NCBI GenBank assembly: GCA_964016885.1
Contig: OZ024759.1
Span: 10,416,001-10,480,000, forward strand
Origin: Eledone cirrhosa
Lineage: Eukaryota
Length of the DNA: 64,000 nucleotides
Direction: 5' to 3'
Of the stretch, positions 13,524-27,845 are shown piece after piece (within the stretch, counting starts at the first letter, position 1; each line of letters opens with the position of its first letter). The notes beneath the pieces are model-generated. The model worked only from the letters and a program-made list of their open reading frames with translations. It did not search any database and was not told where the DNA came from. The position numbers and the translations under genes are program-made.

Positions 13524-13849
13524 AGCTTATGTAATAAGGTTATATTGCTAATGCAATACAAACTAAAGACAAGGGAATGGACCAATATGTTTCTTTTACT
13601 GCTGAGGTCTGTTCTTTTATTGGTTGAAGTCATTTGAGTGTGGCCATGCTGGAGATTTAGTTGTTCAGGTCAACCTCTCATCCAACTTTATCACTGTAAG
13701 TACTTGGCTACATGTCTTCACGGGATGAAGACCAGCTGATATGTCTTAGGTAATGATATATCTTACCTTAAAGCTTGTGATATGTCTTACCTAGGCAGTA
13801 AGATGTCTTACTTCAGAACTAAACAACCAGTAGACTGTAGAATATTGGT

Positions 13850-15335
13850 TGTTTCCTTCTCTCTTCCAGTTATAGAAGATCTACCAAGACATATCACTGT
13901 TTCTTTCTCTCTTCCAGATATAGAAGATCTACCAAGACATATCACTGTTTCTTTCTCTCTTCCAGATATAGAAGATCTACCAAGACATATCACTGTTTCT
14001 TTCTCTCTTCCAGATATAGAAGATCTACCAAGACATATCACTGTTTCTTTCTCTCTTCCAGATATAGAAGATCTACCAAGACATATCACTGTTTCTTTCT
14101 CTCTTCCAGATATAGAAGATCTACCAAGACATATCACTGTTTCTTTCTCTCTTCCATTTATAGAAGATCTACCAAGACATATCACTGTTTCTTTCTCTCT
14201 TCCAGATATAGAAGATCTACCAAGACATATCACTGTTTCTTTCTCTCTTCCAGATATAGAAGATCTACCAAGACATATCACTGTTTCTTTCTCTCTTCCA
14301 GTTATAGAAGATCTACCAAGACATATCACTGTTTCTTTCTCTCTTCCAGATATAGAAGATCTACCAAGACATATCACTGTTTCTTTCTCTCTTCCAGATA
14401 TAGAAGATCTACCAAGACATATCACTGTTTCTTTCTCTCTTCCAGTTATAGAAGATCTACCAAGACATATCACTGTTTCTTTCTCTCTTCCAGATATAGA
14501 AGATCTACCAAGACATATCACTGTTTCTTTCTCTCTTCCAGATATAGAAGATCTACCAAGACATATCACTGTTTCTTTCTCTCTTCCAGATATAGAAGAT
14601 CTACCAAGACATATCACTGTTTCTTTCTCTCTTCCAGATATAGAAGATCTACCAAGACATATCACTGTTTCTTTCTCTCTTCCAGATATAGAAGATCTAC
14701 CAAGACATATCACTGTTTCTTTCTCTCTTCCAGTTATAGAAGATCTACCAAGACATATCACTGTTTCTTTCTCTCTTCCAGATATAGAAGATCTACCAAG
14801 ACATATCACTGTTTCTTTCTCTCTTCCAGATATAGAAGATCTACCAAGACATATCACTGTTTCTTTCTCTCTTCCAGATATAGAAGATCTACCAAGACAT
14901 ATCACTGTTTCTTTCTCTCTTCCAGATATAGAAGATCTACCAAGACATATCACTGTTTCTTTCTCTCTTCCAGATATAGAAGATCTACCAAGACATATCA
15001 CTGTTTCTTTCTCTCTTCCAGATATAGAAGATCTACCAAGACATATCACTGTTTCTTTCTCTCTTCCAGATATAGAAGATCTACCAAGACATATCACTGT
15101 TTCTTTCTCTCTTCCAGATATAGAAGATCTACCAAGACATATCACTGTTTCTTTCTCTCTTCCAGATATAGAAGATCTACCAAGACATATCACTGTTTCT
15201 TTCTCTCTTCCAGTTATAGAAGATCTACCAAGACATATCACTGTTTCTTTCTCTCTTCCAGATATAGAAGATCTACCAAGACATATCATTGTTTCTTTCT
15301 CTCTTCCAGATATAGAAGATCTACCAAGACATATC
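13850..15335 (+). repeat. 48-bp minisatellite, 31 copies, made of 22 nt of 3' splice site plus 26 nt of exon A
   Basis: Unit actgtttctttctctcttccag|ATATAGAAGATCTACCAAGACATATC. AG positions run from 13869 to 15309 in steps of 48; copy 7 has AT instead of AG. Confidence 0.97.
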
Positions 15336-15381
15336 CATTCCAAACTTTTTGATGAACTTCTTGATAAAAATGCACAAAGTG
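15310..15381 (+). CDS. ZRANB1: TRABID/ZRANB1 internal exon A (72 bp, phase 1-1): (D)IEDLPRHIHSKLFDELLDKNAQS(E), entering the OTU domain
   Basis: Acceptor ttctttctctcttccag ends at 15309 and donor gtaaga starts at 15382. The peptide matches the recalled TRABID segment DIEDLPPTVQEKLFDEVLDRDVQKE. The final G joins AA of exon B to give Glu. The start assumes the last of 31 tandem acceptors is used. Confidence 0.88.
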
Positions 15382-15999
15382 GTAAGATTCCTCACTTTTC
15401 TTTTTATTTTTCTTTCATTTAATCTTGTTATTGTTTTATTTCGGCCACTTGTAGCCGAAGATTACCTCATGTTCATAGCTAGACTTTCAAAATGTTTATT
15501 TATTAAACATAGTGTATATCTCTGGGTGAAGACCCCCTTCAGTCATGAATGACCAAGGGATTTGTACCTAGAAACTTCCCCGCTGAGACACAAGTCTAGG
15601 CAAGGTTGTTTGTGGTAGGCCAATGGTCCCCCATACATACCAGTCTCCAGCTCTCCACGCCACTGATGTTGACCTAGGGAGAGGAAATGGCCGATAGAAC
15701 TTGGCACCAGTGACGTTACAACTCATTGTTAGAAATAGCAGTTAAGTCTTGCTATCTTTTTAAAAAATGGAGGATACATTGAATAATAAGTATGCATTAA
15801 AGGTAATGTTGTCTTCATCACCATCACCACCATCACCACCACCATTATCACCATCATCACCATCATCACCATTATCACCACACCACCATCATCATCATCA
15901 TCATCATCAATCCAACATCACCACCATCACATCCATCATCATCATCATCCATCATTACCACCACCACCATCATCATCATCACATCCATCATCACCATCA

Positions 16000-17800
16000 T
16001 CAACATTTTATCACTTTTCCACACTTGCATGGGTGGGAGGTGTCCAGTACAACATCTCTCCACTTGTCACATTTTTTTGTCATCTCCTGTGCGAGCTTCT
16101 GATATCTGAGATCAGCGCTCACCACCCCTGCCCAGGTCTTCCTTGGTCTACCTCTACTCCAGCTTCTCTCACCACCTCTGCCCAGGTCTTCCTTGGTCTA
16201 CCTCTACTCCAGCTTCCCTCAGCTCTTACAACCTCTGCCCAGGCCTTCCTTGGTTTACCTCTACTCTGGTGTTTCCCCTACTTGGAGTTCTTGGTACTTT
16301 CTCACTCAGTGATCATCATCCATAGCCACACAGTCCTCTCTCTTCCACACATCTGATTCCTCTTATACTTAGTTTCTCTCTCAGTTCATGTGCTTTGTTG
16401 TTCACACACCTTTACATTGCACATCTAATGAAGCATGGCTGCTTCATTTCTCACCTGTTCATGCATGCCATCTGCATACACTGCCCATGTTTCACTACCA
16501 TGTAGCACCACATGCCATCTGCATACACTGCCCAAGTTTCACTACCATGTAGCACCACATGCCATCTGCATACACTGCCCATGTTTCACTACCATGTAGC
16601 ACCACATGCCATCTGCATACACTGCCCAAGTTTCACTACCATGTAGCACCACATGCCATCTGCATACACTGCCCAAGTTTCACTACCATGTAGCACCACA
16701 TGCCATCTGCATACACTGCCCATGTTTCACTACCATGTAGCACCACATGCCATCTGCATACACTGCCCAAGTTTCACTACCATGTAGCACCACATGCCAT
16801 CTGCATACACTGCCCAAGTTTCACTACCATGTAGCACCACATGCCATCTGCATACACTGCCCATGTTTCACTACCATGTAGCACCACATGCCATCTGCAT
16901 ACACTGCCCAAGTTTCACTACCATGCAGCATCACATGCCATCTGCATACACTGCCCAAGTTTCACTACCATGTAGCACCACATGCCATCTGCATACACTG
17001 CCCATGTTTCACTACCATGTAGCACCACATGCCATCTGCATACACTGCCCAAGTTTCACTACCATGCAGCATCACATGCCATCTGCATACACTGCCCAAA
17101 TTTCACTACCATGCAGCATCACATGCCATCTGCATACACTGCCCATGTTTCACTACCATGTAGTACCACATGTCATCTGCATACACTGCCCAAGTTTCAC
17201 TACCATGCAGCACCACATGCCATCTGCATACACTGCCCATGTTTCACTACCATGTAGCACCACATGCCATCTGCATACACTGCCCATGTTTCACTACCAT
17301 GTAGCACCGCATGCCATCTGCATACACTGCCCAAGTTTCACTACCATGTAGCACCACATGCCATCTGCATACACTGCCCATGTTTCACTACCATGTAGTA
17401 CCACATGTCATCTGCATACACTGCTCATGTTTCACTACCATGCAGCACCACATACCATCTGCATACACTGCTCATGTTTCACTACCATGCAGCACCACAT
17501 GCCATCTGCATACACTGCCCAAGTTTCACTACCATGTAGCACCACATGCCATCTGCATACACTGCCCAAGTTTCACTACCATGTAGCACCACATGCCATC
17601 TGCATACACTGCCCAAGTTTCACTACTATGCAGCATCACACTTCACACACAGGCATCATACAGCCATCCTTTCATTTGTAGAGAGAAACCTTTTGTTGTC
17701 AACAGAGGTATTTAATCTCTAAACCTTTTCCATCCTATCCTAATTCTAGTTACTTTGCTCTCAGGACACCCTCTTCTGCTGCTAATTAGATCACTTAGGT
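16000..17800 (-). pseudogene. Decayed RTE LINE 3' fragment interrupted by an array of its own sequence
   Basis: Flanks are colinear with 49930-50330 and 50370-50530 of the intact LINE. Confidence 0.8.
16465..17640. repeat. 47-bp minisatellite, about 25 copies, derived from the [11 protein letters not shown] coding motif
   Basis: Unit atgccatctgcatacactgcccatgtttcactaccatgtagcaccac versus LINE tgcccatgtctcactaccatgcagcat at about 50340. Confidence 0.95.
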
Positions 17801-17919
17801 AGCATCGTACTGGATGGACAAGGATGAGATGCCCTTCATTATAGGTTTGCTGGATCAGGGCCGACTTTTGGCTAAACATCAATAACACAATCTCAATTGA
17901 GTATGACTAAGAGTTTTGT

Positions 17920-19064
17920 TTAACACTTTTGCATTTAAACCAGCCATATCCAGCCAGACTTGTCTCACTTCTTTCTGTTCAAACTGGCTATAACTGGCCA
18001 CTCATACTGATGATGTTAAGGTATTGTTCTCCAAATAAATATCAAAATCTCATAGATTCAATATTATGTGAGGTAAAGTCTGAAAATACAATAGTATATA
18101 TAGAGTAATGTAAATGTTGTGTGAGATATTATGTGAGGTAAAGTCTTTACTGTGACAATACAATAGTATATATAGAGTAATGTAAATGTTATGTGAGATA
18201 TTATGTGAGGTAAAGCCTTTACTGTAAAAATACAATAGTATATATAGAGTAATGTAAATGTTATGTGAGATATTATGTGAGGTAAAGTCTTTACTGTGAC
18301 AATACAATAGTATATATAGAGTAATGTAAATGTTATGTGAGATATTATGTGAGGTAAAGCCTTTACTGTGACAATACAATAGTATATATAGAGTAATGTA
18401 AATGTTATGTGAGATATTATGTGAGGTAAAGCCTTTACTGTGACAATACAATAGTATATATAGAGTAATGTAAATGTTATGTGAGATATTATGTGAGGTA
18501 AAGCCTTTACTGTGACAATACAATAGTATATATAGAGTAATGTAAATGTTATGTGAGATATTATGTGAGGTAAAGCCTTTACTGTGACAATACAATAGTA
18601 TATATAGAGTAATGTAAATGTTATGTGAGATATTATGTGAGGTAAAGTCTTTACTGTGACAATACAATAGTATATATAGAGTAATGTAAATGTTATGTGA
18701 GATATTATGTGAGGTAAAGCCTTTACTGTGACAATACAATAGTATATATAGAGTAATGTAAATGTTATGTGAGATATTATGTGAGGTAAAGTCTTTACTG
18801 TGACAATACAATAGTATATATAGAGTAATGTAAATGTTATGTGAGATATTATGTGAGGTAAAGCCTTTACTGTGACAATACAATAGTATATATAGAGTAA
18901 TGTAAATGTTATGTGAGATATTATGTGAGGTAAAGCCTTTACTGTGACAATACAATAGTATATATAGAGTAATGTAAATGTTATGTGAGATATTATGTGA
19001 GGTAAAGCCTTTACTGTGACAATACAATAGTATATATAGAGTAATGTAAATGGTAATGGGTTAA
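17920..19064 (-). mobile_element. piggyBac-like MITE with an internal 60-bp array (about 16 copies)
   Basis: TTAA at both ends, degenerate TIRs, body matches 4243-4464. Confidence 0.88.
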
Positions 19065-19210
19065 TCTTGAATTATTGTCTATAGTATATGGAATTAAATA
19101 ATGAATATGTAGTATTGTTCTAGTATTGTCAAATTCTATAGATCTCCCTTACTATCCCCTGGAGCCATTGATTTCTCCATTCTGTCCCTGGGACCCCAGG
19201 GCAGCCTGTG

Positions 19211-20045
19211 CCACTACACCACACCTCACACCACCACCACTACACCACACCACCACCACACCTCACACCACGCTACACCACCACCACACCACACCTCACA
19301 CCACCACCACCACCACCACACCACACCTCACACCACCACCACACCACACCTCACACCACCACCACCACCACCACTACACCACACCACACCACACCACCAC
19401 TACACCACACCACAACACCTCACCCCCCTCACCCACCACACCTCAGCCCCCACACCACCACCACTACTCCACACCACCACCACCACTACTACTCCACACC
19501 ACCCACCACCACCACACTGCACCACCACCACCACACTGCACCACCACCACCACACCACACCACCACCACACCTCACACCACACTACACCACCACCACACC
19601 ACACTACACCACCACCACACCACCTCACACCACCACCACCACCACACCACACCACCACCACACCACAGCACCTCACACCACCACCACACCTCACACCCCC
19701 ACCACACCCCACACCCCCACACCACCACTACTACTCCACACCACCCACCACCACCACACTTCACACCACACTGCACCACCACCACCACACCACACCACAC
19801 CTCACACCACACTGCACCACCACCACACCTCACACCACACCACTACACCACCACCACACCACTACACAACACCACCACACCTCACACCACACTACACCAC
19901 CACCACACCACTACACAACACCACCACACCTCACACTACACCACACCACTACACCACCACTACACCACTACACCACACCACTACACCACACCACCACCAC
20001 ACCACCACTACACAACACCACCACTACACAACACCACCACCACCA
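19211..20045. repeat. (CAC/CACCA)n low-complexity tract
   Basis: Direct inspection; a similar tract lies at 63724-64000. Confidence 0.95.
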
Positions 20046-20169
20046 ATGTGTATCTGCTATTATTAGGATTATTTTGGTGGATTGGCAGAATCTGTAGAGC
20101 ATCAGACACTATGCTTAGCGGCACCGAGTTATGACACTTTATGGTCTGAGTTCAAATCCCACCGAGGTT

Positions 20170-20870
20170 AACTTTTACCTTTCATCCTTACGAGGGGTTG
20201 ATCATCCTTACGAGGGGTTGATAAAATAAAGTACCAGTAATACACTGGGAGTAATTGTTGGCCTTGTGCTGAAAGTAGAAGCAATTATGTGGCTCAGATG
20301 CTTTCATCTTCTTGGTTTTATATCCATTTTGCTGTATTGGCATGAATTAAACAATTAGATTTTACCTTTCATCCTTACGAGGGGTTGATAAAATAAAGTA
20401 CCAGTAATACACTGAGAGTAATTGTTGGCCTTGTGCTGAAAGTAGAAGCAATTATTATGTGGCTCAGATGCTTTCATCTTCTTGGTTTTATATCCATTTT
20501 GCTGTATTGGCATGAATTAAACAATTAGATTTTACCTTTCATCCTTACGAGGGGTTGATAAAATAAAGTACCAGTAATACACTGAGAGTAATTATTGGCC
20601 TTGTGCTGAAAGTAGAAGCAATTATTATGTGGCTCAGATGCTTTCATCTTCTTGGTTTTATATCCATTTTGCTGTATTGGCATGAATTAAACAATTAGAT
20701 TTTACCTTTCATCCTTACGAGGGGTTGATAAAATAAAGTACCAGTAATACACTGAGAGTAATTGTTGGCCTTGTGCTGAAAGTAGAAACTATTATTGTGT
20801 GGCTCAGATGCTTTCATCTTCTTGGTTTTATATCCATTTTGCTGTATTGGCATGAATTAAACAATTAGAT
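20170..20870. repeat. 170-bp tandem repeat x4 (SINE B 3' half plus flank)
   Basis: tttacctttcatcc recurs at about 20174, 20361, 20531 and 20701. Confidence 0.9.
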
Positions 20871-21050
20871 TCAGCAGAAAAGCCTATTTCTATAGTTGTC
20901 TACAGAAGGATGTTTTATTTATGAGAGATTTGAATATCTGATCAAACTACTTAGTCTAACACTTCTACAGCTCAATATCATAACCGGCTTTCTTTGAGAA
21001 CACTTCATAACTGTACAGTAGTTTTTCTCATCAATGCTTCGAGTATTTTA

Positions 21051-22644
21051 TTAATCCTTTAGCATTTACATTACTCTATATTTACTATTGTATTTTCACG
21101 GTAAAGCCTTTACCTCGCATAATATCTCATATAATATTTACATTACTCTATATATACTATTGTATTGTCACAGTAAAGGCTTTACCTTACATAATATCTC
21201 ACATAACATTTACATTACTCTATATATACTATTATATTTTCATGGTAAATCCTTTACCTTACATAATATCTCACATAACATTTACATTACTCTATATATA
21301 CTATTGTATTGTCACAGTAAAGGCTTTACCTCACATAATATCTCACATAACATTTACCTTACTCTATATATACTATTGTATTGTCACAGTAAAGGCTTTA
21401 CCTCACATAATATCTCACATAACATTTACATTACTCTATATATACTATTGTATTGTCACAGTAAAGGTTTTACCTCAAATAATATCTCGCATAACATTTA
21501 CATTACTCTATATATACTATTGTATTGTCACAGTAAAGGCTTTACCTCACATAATATCTCGCATAACATTTACATTACTCTCTATATACTATTGTATTTT
21601 CACAGTAAAGGTTTTACCTCAAATAATATCTCACATAACATTTACATTACTCTATATATACTATTGTATTGTCACAGTAAAGGCTTTACCTCACATAATA
21701 TCTCACATAACATTTACATTACTCTATATATACTATTGTATTTTCACAGTAAAGGCTTTACCTCACATAATATCTCACATAACATTTACATTACTCTATA
21801 TATACTATTGTATTTTCACAGTAAAGGCTTTACCTCACATAATACCTCGATAACATTTACATTACTCTATATATACTATTGTATTTTCACAGTAAAGGCT
21901 TTACCTTACATAATATCTCACATAACATTTACCTTACTCTATATATACTATTGTATTTTCACAGTAAAGGCTTTACCTCACATAATATCTCACATAACAT
22001 TTACATTACTCTATATATACTATTGTATTTTCACAGTAAAGGCTTTACCTCACATAATACCTCGATAACATTTACATTACTCTATATATACTATTGTATT
22101 TTCACAGTAAAGGCTTTACCTTACATAATATCTCACATAACATTTACCTTACTCTATATATACTATTGTATTTTCACAGTAAAGGCTTTACCTCACATAA
22201 TATCTCACATAACATTTACCTTACTCTATATATACTATTGTATTTTCACAGTAAAGGCTTTACCTCACATAATATTTCACATAACATTTACATTACTCTA
22301 TATATACTATTGTATTTTCACAGTAAAGTCTTTACCTCACATAATATCTCACATAACATTTACATTACTCTATATATACTATTGTATTTTCACAGTAAAT
22401 GCTTTACCTTACATAATATCTCACATAACATTTACATTACTCTATATATACTATTATATTTTCATGGTAAATGCTTTACCTTACATAATATCTCACATAA
22501 TACAAAATCTATGAGATTTTGATATTATTTATTTTGAGAACAATACCTTAACATTAGTATGAGTGGCCAGTTACAGCTGGTTTGAACAGAAAGAGGTGAA
22601 AGAATTCTGGCCGTGTATGGCCAGTTTAAATGCTAAAGGGGTAA
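21051..22644 (+). mobile_element. piggyBac-like MITE with an internal 60-bp array (about 24 copies)
   Basis: ttaa-tcctttagcatt ... aatgctaaaggg-gtaa; body matches 4243-4464. Confidence 0.9.
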
Positions 22645-23061
22645 AGGTGTTTCAACTCGACAATTGAAACCCTCACACATCTTGTAAAACAACAATTCTG
22701 TTAACTTATCCAAACTATTTGTATTTCTATGTTTGCTGAGCTGCCAGTAAAACAAACAGTTCAATAACTTCACTAATCTTACCTTATTGATCTCCTTCAT
22801 ACATTTACACTGGGTTTTCTTGTTTTTTTTTGTATTTCCCCTTTATCAGCAATATTTATTTATTCCACTGTTCATCTCCACTAGCTTATTGCCCTCCTCC
22901 ACCTTCTTAAATGGCTCACCACGCCTACATAATCATAGATTTCTCCACTAACTGAAGCAGTTGTGTCAACCATTGTTGAATTAACTGTCACCTGTGAAGC
23001 CACTGTTGTTCACAACACCGAGGTCATCTAATTAAACTGATGATCGTCACATGGCTTACTC

Positions 23062-26000
23062 CTCTAGATCTGACCTGTTCTGTCAGACTATCCTATGACA
23101 GCTATATCATAGACTCTAGATCTGACCTTTTCTGTCAGACTATCCTATGACAGCTATATCATAGACTCTAGATCTGACCTGTTCTGTCAGACTATCCTAT
23201 AACAGCCATATCATAGACTCTAGATCTGACCTGTTCTGTCAGACTATCCTATGACAGCCATATCAGAGACTCTAGATGTGACCTGTTCTGTCAGACTATC
23301 CTATGATAGCCATATCAGAGACTCTAGATCTGACCTGTTCTGTCAGACTATCCTATGATAGCCATATCATAGACTCTAGATCTGACCTGTTCTGTCAGAC
23401 TATCCTATGACAGCCATATCATAGACTCTAGATCTGACCTGTTCTGTCAGACTATCCTATGATAGCCATATCAGAGACTCTAGATGTGACCTGTTCTGTC
23501 AGACTGTCCTATGACAGCCATATCAGAGACTCTAGATGTGACCTGTTCTGTCAGACTGTCCTATGACAGCCATATCAGAGACTCTAGATGTGATCTGTTC
23601 TGTCAGACTATCCTATGATAGCCATATTATAGACTCTAGATCTGACCTGTTCTGTCAGACTATCCTATGATAGCCATATCAGAGACTCTAGATGTGACCT
23701 GTTCTGTCAGACTATCCTATGACAGCTATACCAGAGTCTCTAGATCTGACCTGTTCTGTCAGACTATCCTATGACAGCCATATCAGAGACTCTAGATCTG
23801 ACCTGTTCTGTCAGACTATCCTATGACAGCCATATCATAGACTCTAGATGTGACCTGTTCTGTCAGACTATCCTATGACAGCCATATCATAGACTCTAGA
23901 TGTGACCTGTTCTGTCAGACTATCCTATGATAGCCATATCAGAGACTCTAGATGTGACCTGTTCTGTCAGACTATCCTATGATAGCCATATCAGAGACTC
24001 TAGATGTGACCTGTTCTGTCAGACTATCCTATGACAGCCATATCAGAGACTCTAGATCTGACCTGTTCTGTCAGACTATCCTATGACAGCCATATCATAG
24101 ACTCTAGATGTGACCTGTTCTGTCAGACTATCCTATGACAGCCATATCATAGACTCTAGATCTGACCTGTTCTGTCAGACTGTCCTATGATAGCCATATC
24201 ATAGACTCTAGATGTGACCTGTTCTGTCAGACTATCCTATGATAGCCATATCAGAGACTCTAGATGTGACCTGTTCTGTCAGACTATCCTATGATAGCCA
24301 TATCAGAGACTCTAGATCTGACCTGTTCTGTCAGACTATCCTATGACAGCTATATCAGAGACTCTAGATGTGACCTGTTCTGTCAGACTATCCTATGATA
24401 GCCATATCAGAGACTCTAGATGTGACCTGTTCTGTCAGACTATCCTATGACAGCCATATCAGAGACTCTAGATGTGACCTGTTCTGTCAGACTATCCTAT
24501 GACAGCCATATCAGAGACTCTAGATGTGACCTGTTCTGTCAGACTATCCTATGACAGCCATATCAGAGACTCTAGATGTGACCTGTTCTGTCAGACTATC
24601 CTATGACAGCCATATCAGAGACTCTAGATGTGACCTGTTCTGTCAGACTATCCTATGACAGCCATATCAGAGACTCTAGATGTGACCTGTTCTGTCAGAC
24701 TATCCTATGACAGCCATATCAGAGACTCTAGATGTGACCTGTTCTGTCAGACTATCCTATGATAGCTATATCAGAGACTCTAGATGTGACCTGTTCTGTC
24801 AGACTATCCTATGACAGCCATATCATAGACTCTAGATCTGACCTGTTCTGTCAGACTATCCTATGATAGCCATATCAGAGACACTAGATGTGACCTGTTC
24901 TGTCAGACTATCCTATGACAGCCATATCATAGACTCTAGATCTGACCTGTTCTGTCAGACTATCCTATGATAGCCATATCAGAGACTCTAGATGTTACCT
25001 GTTCTGTCAGACTATCCTATGACAGCCATATCATAGACTCTAGATTTGACCTGTTCTGTCAGACTATCCTATGATAGCCATATCAGAGACTCTAGATGTG
25101 ACCTGTTCTGTCAGACTATCCTATGATAGCCATATCAGAGACTCTAGATGTTACCTGTTCTGTCAGACTATCCTATGACAGCCATATCATAGACTCTAGA
25201 TCTGACCTGTTCTGTCAGACTATCCTATGACAGCCATATCATAGACTCTAGATGTGACCTGTTCTGTCAGACTATCCTATGATAGCCATATCAGAGACTC
25301 TAGATGTGACCTGTTCTGTCAGACTATCCTATGACAGCCATATCATAGACTCTAGATCTGACCTGTTCTGTCAGACTATCCTATGACAGCCATATCATAG
25401 ACTCTAGATCTGACCTGTTCTGCTAGACTATCCTATGACAGCCATATCAGAGACTCTAGATGTGACCTGTTCTGTCAGACTATCCTATGACAGCCATATC
25501 ATAGACTCTAGATCTGACCTGTTCTGTCAGACTATCCTATGATAGCCATATCAGAGACTCTAGATCTGACCTGTTCTGTCAGACTATCCTATGATAGCCA
25601 TATCAGAGACTCTAGATCTGACCTGTTCTGCTAGACTATCCTATGACAGCCATATCAGAGGCTCTAGATCTGACCTGTTCTGTCAGACTATCCTATGATA
25701 GCCATATCAGAGACTCTAGATCTGACCTGTTCTGCTAGACTATCCTATGACAGCCATATCAGAGACTCTAGATCTGACCTGTTCTGCTAGACTATCCTAT
25801 GACAGCCATATCAGAGACTCTAGATCTGACCTGTTCTGTCAGACTATCCTATGATAGCCATATCAGAGACTCTAGATGTGACCTGTTCTGTCAGACTATC
25901 CTATGACAGCCATATCAGAGACTCTAGATGTGACCTGTTCTGTCAGACTATCCTATGACAGCCATATCATAGACTCTAGATCTGATCTGTTCTGCTAGAC

Positions 26001-27156
26001 TATCCTATGACAGCCATATAAGAGACTCTAGATCTGACCTGTTCTGTCAGACTATCCTATGACAGCTATATCATAGACTCTAGATCTGACCTGTTCTGTC
26101 AGACTATCCTATGACAGCCATACCAGAGTCTCTAGATCTGACCTGTTCTGTCAGACTATCCTATGACAGCCATATCAGAGACTCTAGATGTGACCTGTTC
26201 TGTCAGACTATCCTATGATAGCCATATCAGAGACTCTAGATGTGACCTGTTCTGTCAGACTATCCTATGACAGCCATATCATAGACTCTAGATGTGACCT
26301 GTTCTGTCAGACTATCCTATGATAGCCATATCATAGACTATCCTATGACAGCCATATCAGAGACTCTAGATGTGACCTGTTCTGTCAGACTATCCTATGA
26401 CAGCCATATCAGAGACTCTAGATCTGACCTGTTCTGTCAGACTATCCTATGATAGCTATATCATAGACTCTAGATGTGACCTGTTCTGTCAGACTATTCT
26501 ATGACAGCCATATCAGAGACTCTAGATCTGACCTGTTCTGTCAGACTATCCTATGACAGCCATATCATAGACTCTAGATGTGACCTGTTCTGTCAGACTA
26601 TCCTATGATAGCCATATCATAGACTCTAGATGTGACCTGTTCTGTCAGACTATCCTATGATAGCCATATCAGAGACTCTAGATGTGACCTGTTCTGTCAG
26701 ACTATCCTATGACAGCCATATCATAGACTCTAGATGTGACCTGTTCTGTCAGACTATCCTATGACAGCCATATCAGAGACTCTAGATGTGACCTGTTCTG
26801 TCAGACTATCCTATGACAGCCATATCAGAGACTCTAGATGTGACCTGTTCTGTCAGACTATCCTATGACAGCCATATCAGAGACTCTAGATGTGACCTGT
26901 TCTGTCAGACTATCCTATGACAGCCATATCAGAGACTCTAGATGTGACCTGTTCTGTCAGACTATCCTATGACAGCCATATCAGAGACTCTAGATGTGAC
27001 CTGTTCTGTCAGACTATCCTATGACAGCCATATCAGAGACTCTAGATGTGACCTGTTCTGCTAGACTATCCCCCGACAGCCACATCAGAGACTCTAGATC
27101 TGACCTGTTCTGCTAGACTATCCCCCGACAGCCACATCAGAGACTCTAGATCTGAC
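23062..27156. repeat. 52-bp minisatellite, about 78 copies, with two internal hairpins
   Basis: Unit ctctagatctgacctgttctgtcagactatcctatgacagccatatcataga. Confidence 0.97.
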
Positions 27157-27300
27157 TACATATACTGTTGTCCCCCGGTATTTGCGGGGATTATATTCCT
27201 AGAGCCCCCAAGGAAGAGTGAAAAACCGCAAATATTTGATCCATAAAAATAAACGTCAAAATATAACGTAAGATATAGGCTGGCAAATATGGAATATTTC

Positions 27301-27638
27301 ATTTCATTCATTTCATTTTACGTCCGCTTTTCCCTGCTTGCAAGGGTGGGACGGGAACTGATTCTGGCTTGATTTCTACAGCTGGATGCCCTTCCTAACA
27401 CCAACCTCATTTACAGTGAGTGCTGGGTGCTTTTTTGCCGTGGCACCTCCACGACCACTTTGCAGTGGAATGATAGGGACCCCAGTCCCTATCATCTCAT
27501 TTCTACAGCTGAGTAAACTGGAGCAATGTGAAATAAAGTGTCTTGCTCAAGGAAACAACACATCACCCGGTCTGAGAATTGAACTCCCAACCTTTCGATT
27601 GCAAGGCCAATGCTCTAACCACTAAGCCATGTGCCTCC
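27301..27638 (-). mobile_element. SINE family A
   Basis: Near-identical to 47506-47853 in reverse. Confidence 0.93.
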
Positions 27639-27845
27639 ATTGGAGAATTGGATTCGCAATCGTGAGGTTGTGAGTTTGATGCGTTATGTCCTTGAGCAAG
27701 TTACTTTATTTCACATTGCTCTGTTTTCCTGGACTTGTGACCGGTAGAGAGTATTAGCAACTGGAAAGACTAATGGAATCATTGTTTCCTCAGTCTGATT
27801 TGACAAGGGTTGCGATCTTGTCAATAAATATATCTATCTATATAT

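Noticed and set aside
13782-15422. 546-aa (+) and 511-aa (-) repeat ORFs as stand-alone genes
   Set aside because: They are read-throughs of the 48-bp array; only the TRABID exon portion has homology and splice signals.
23062-27156. CRISPR-like appearance of the regular arrays
   Set aside because: No unique spacers, no cas genes, and a spliceosomal eukaryotic context.
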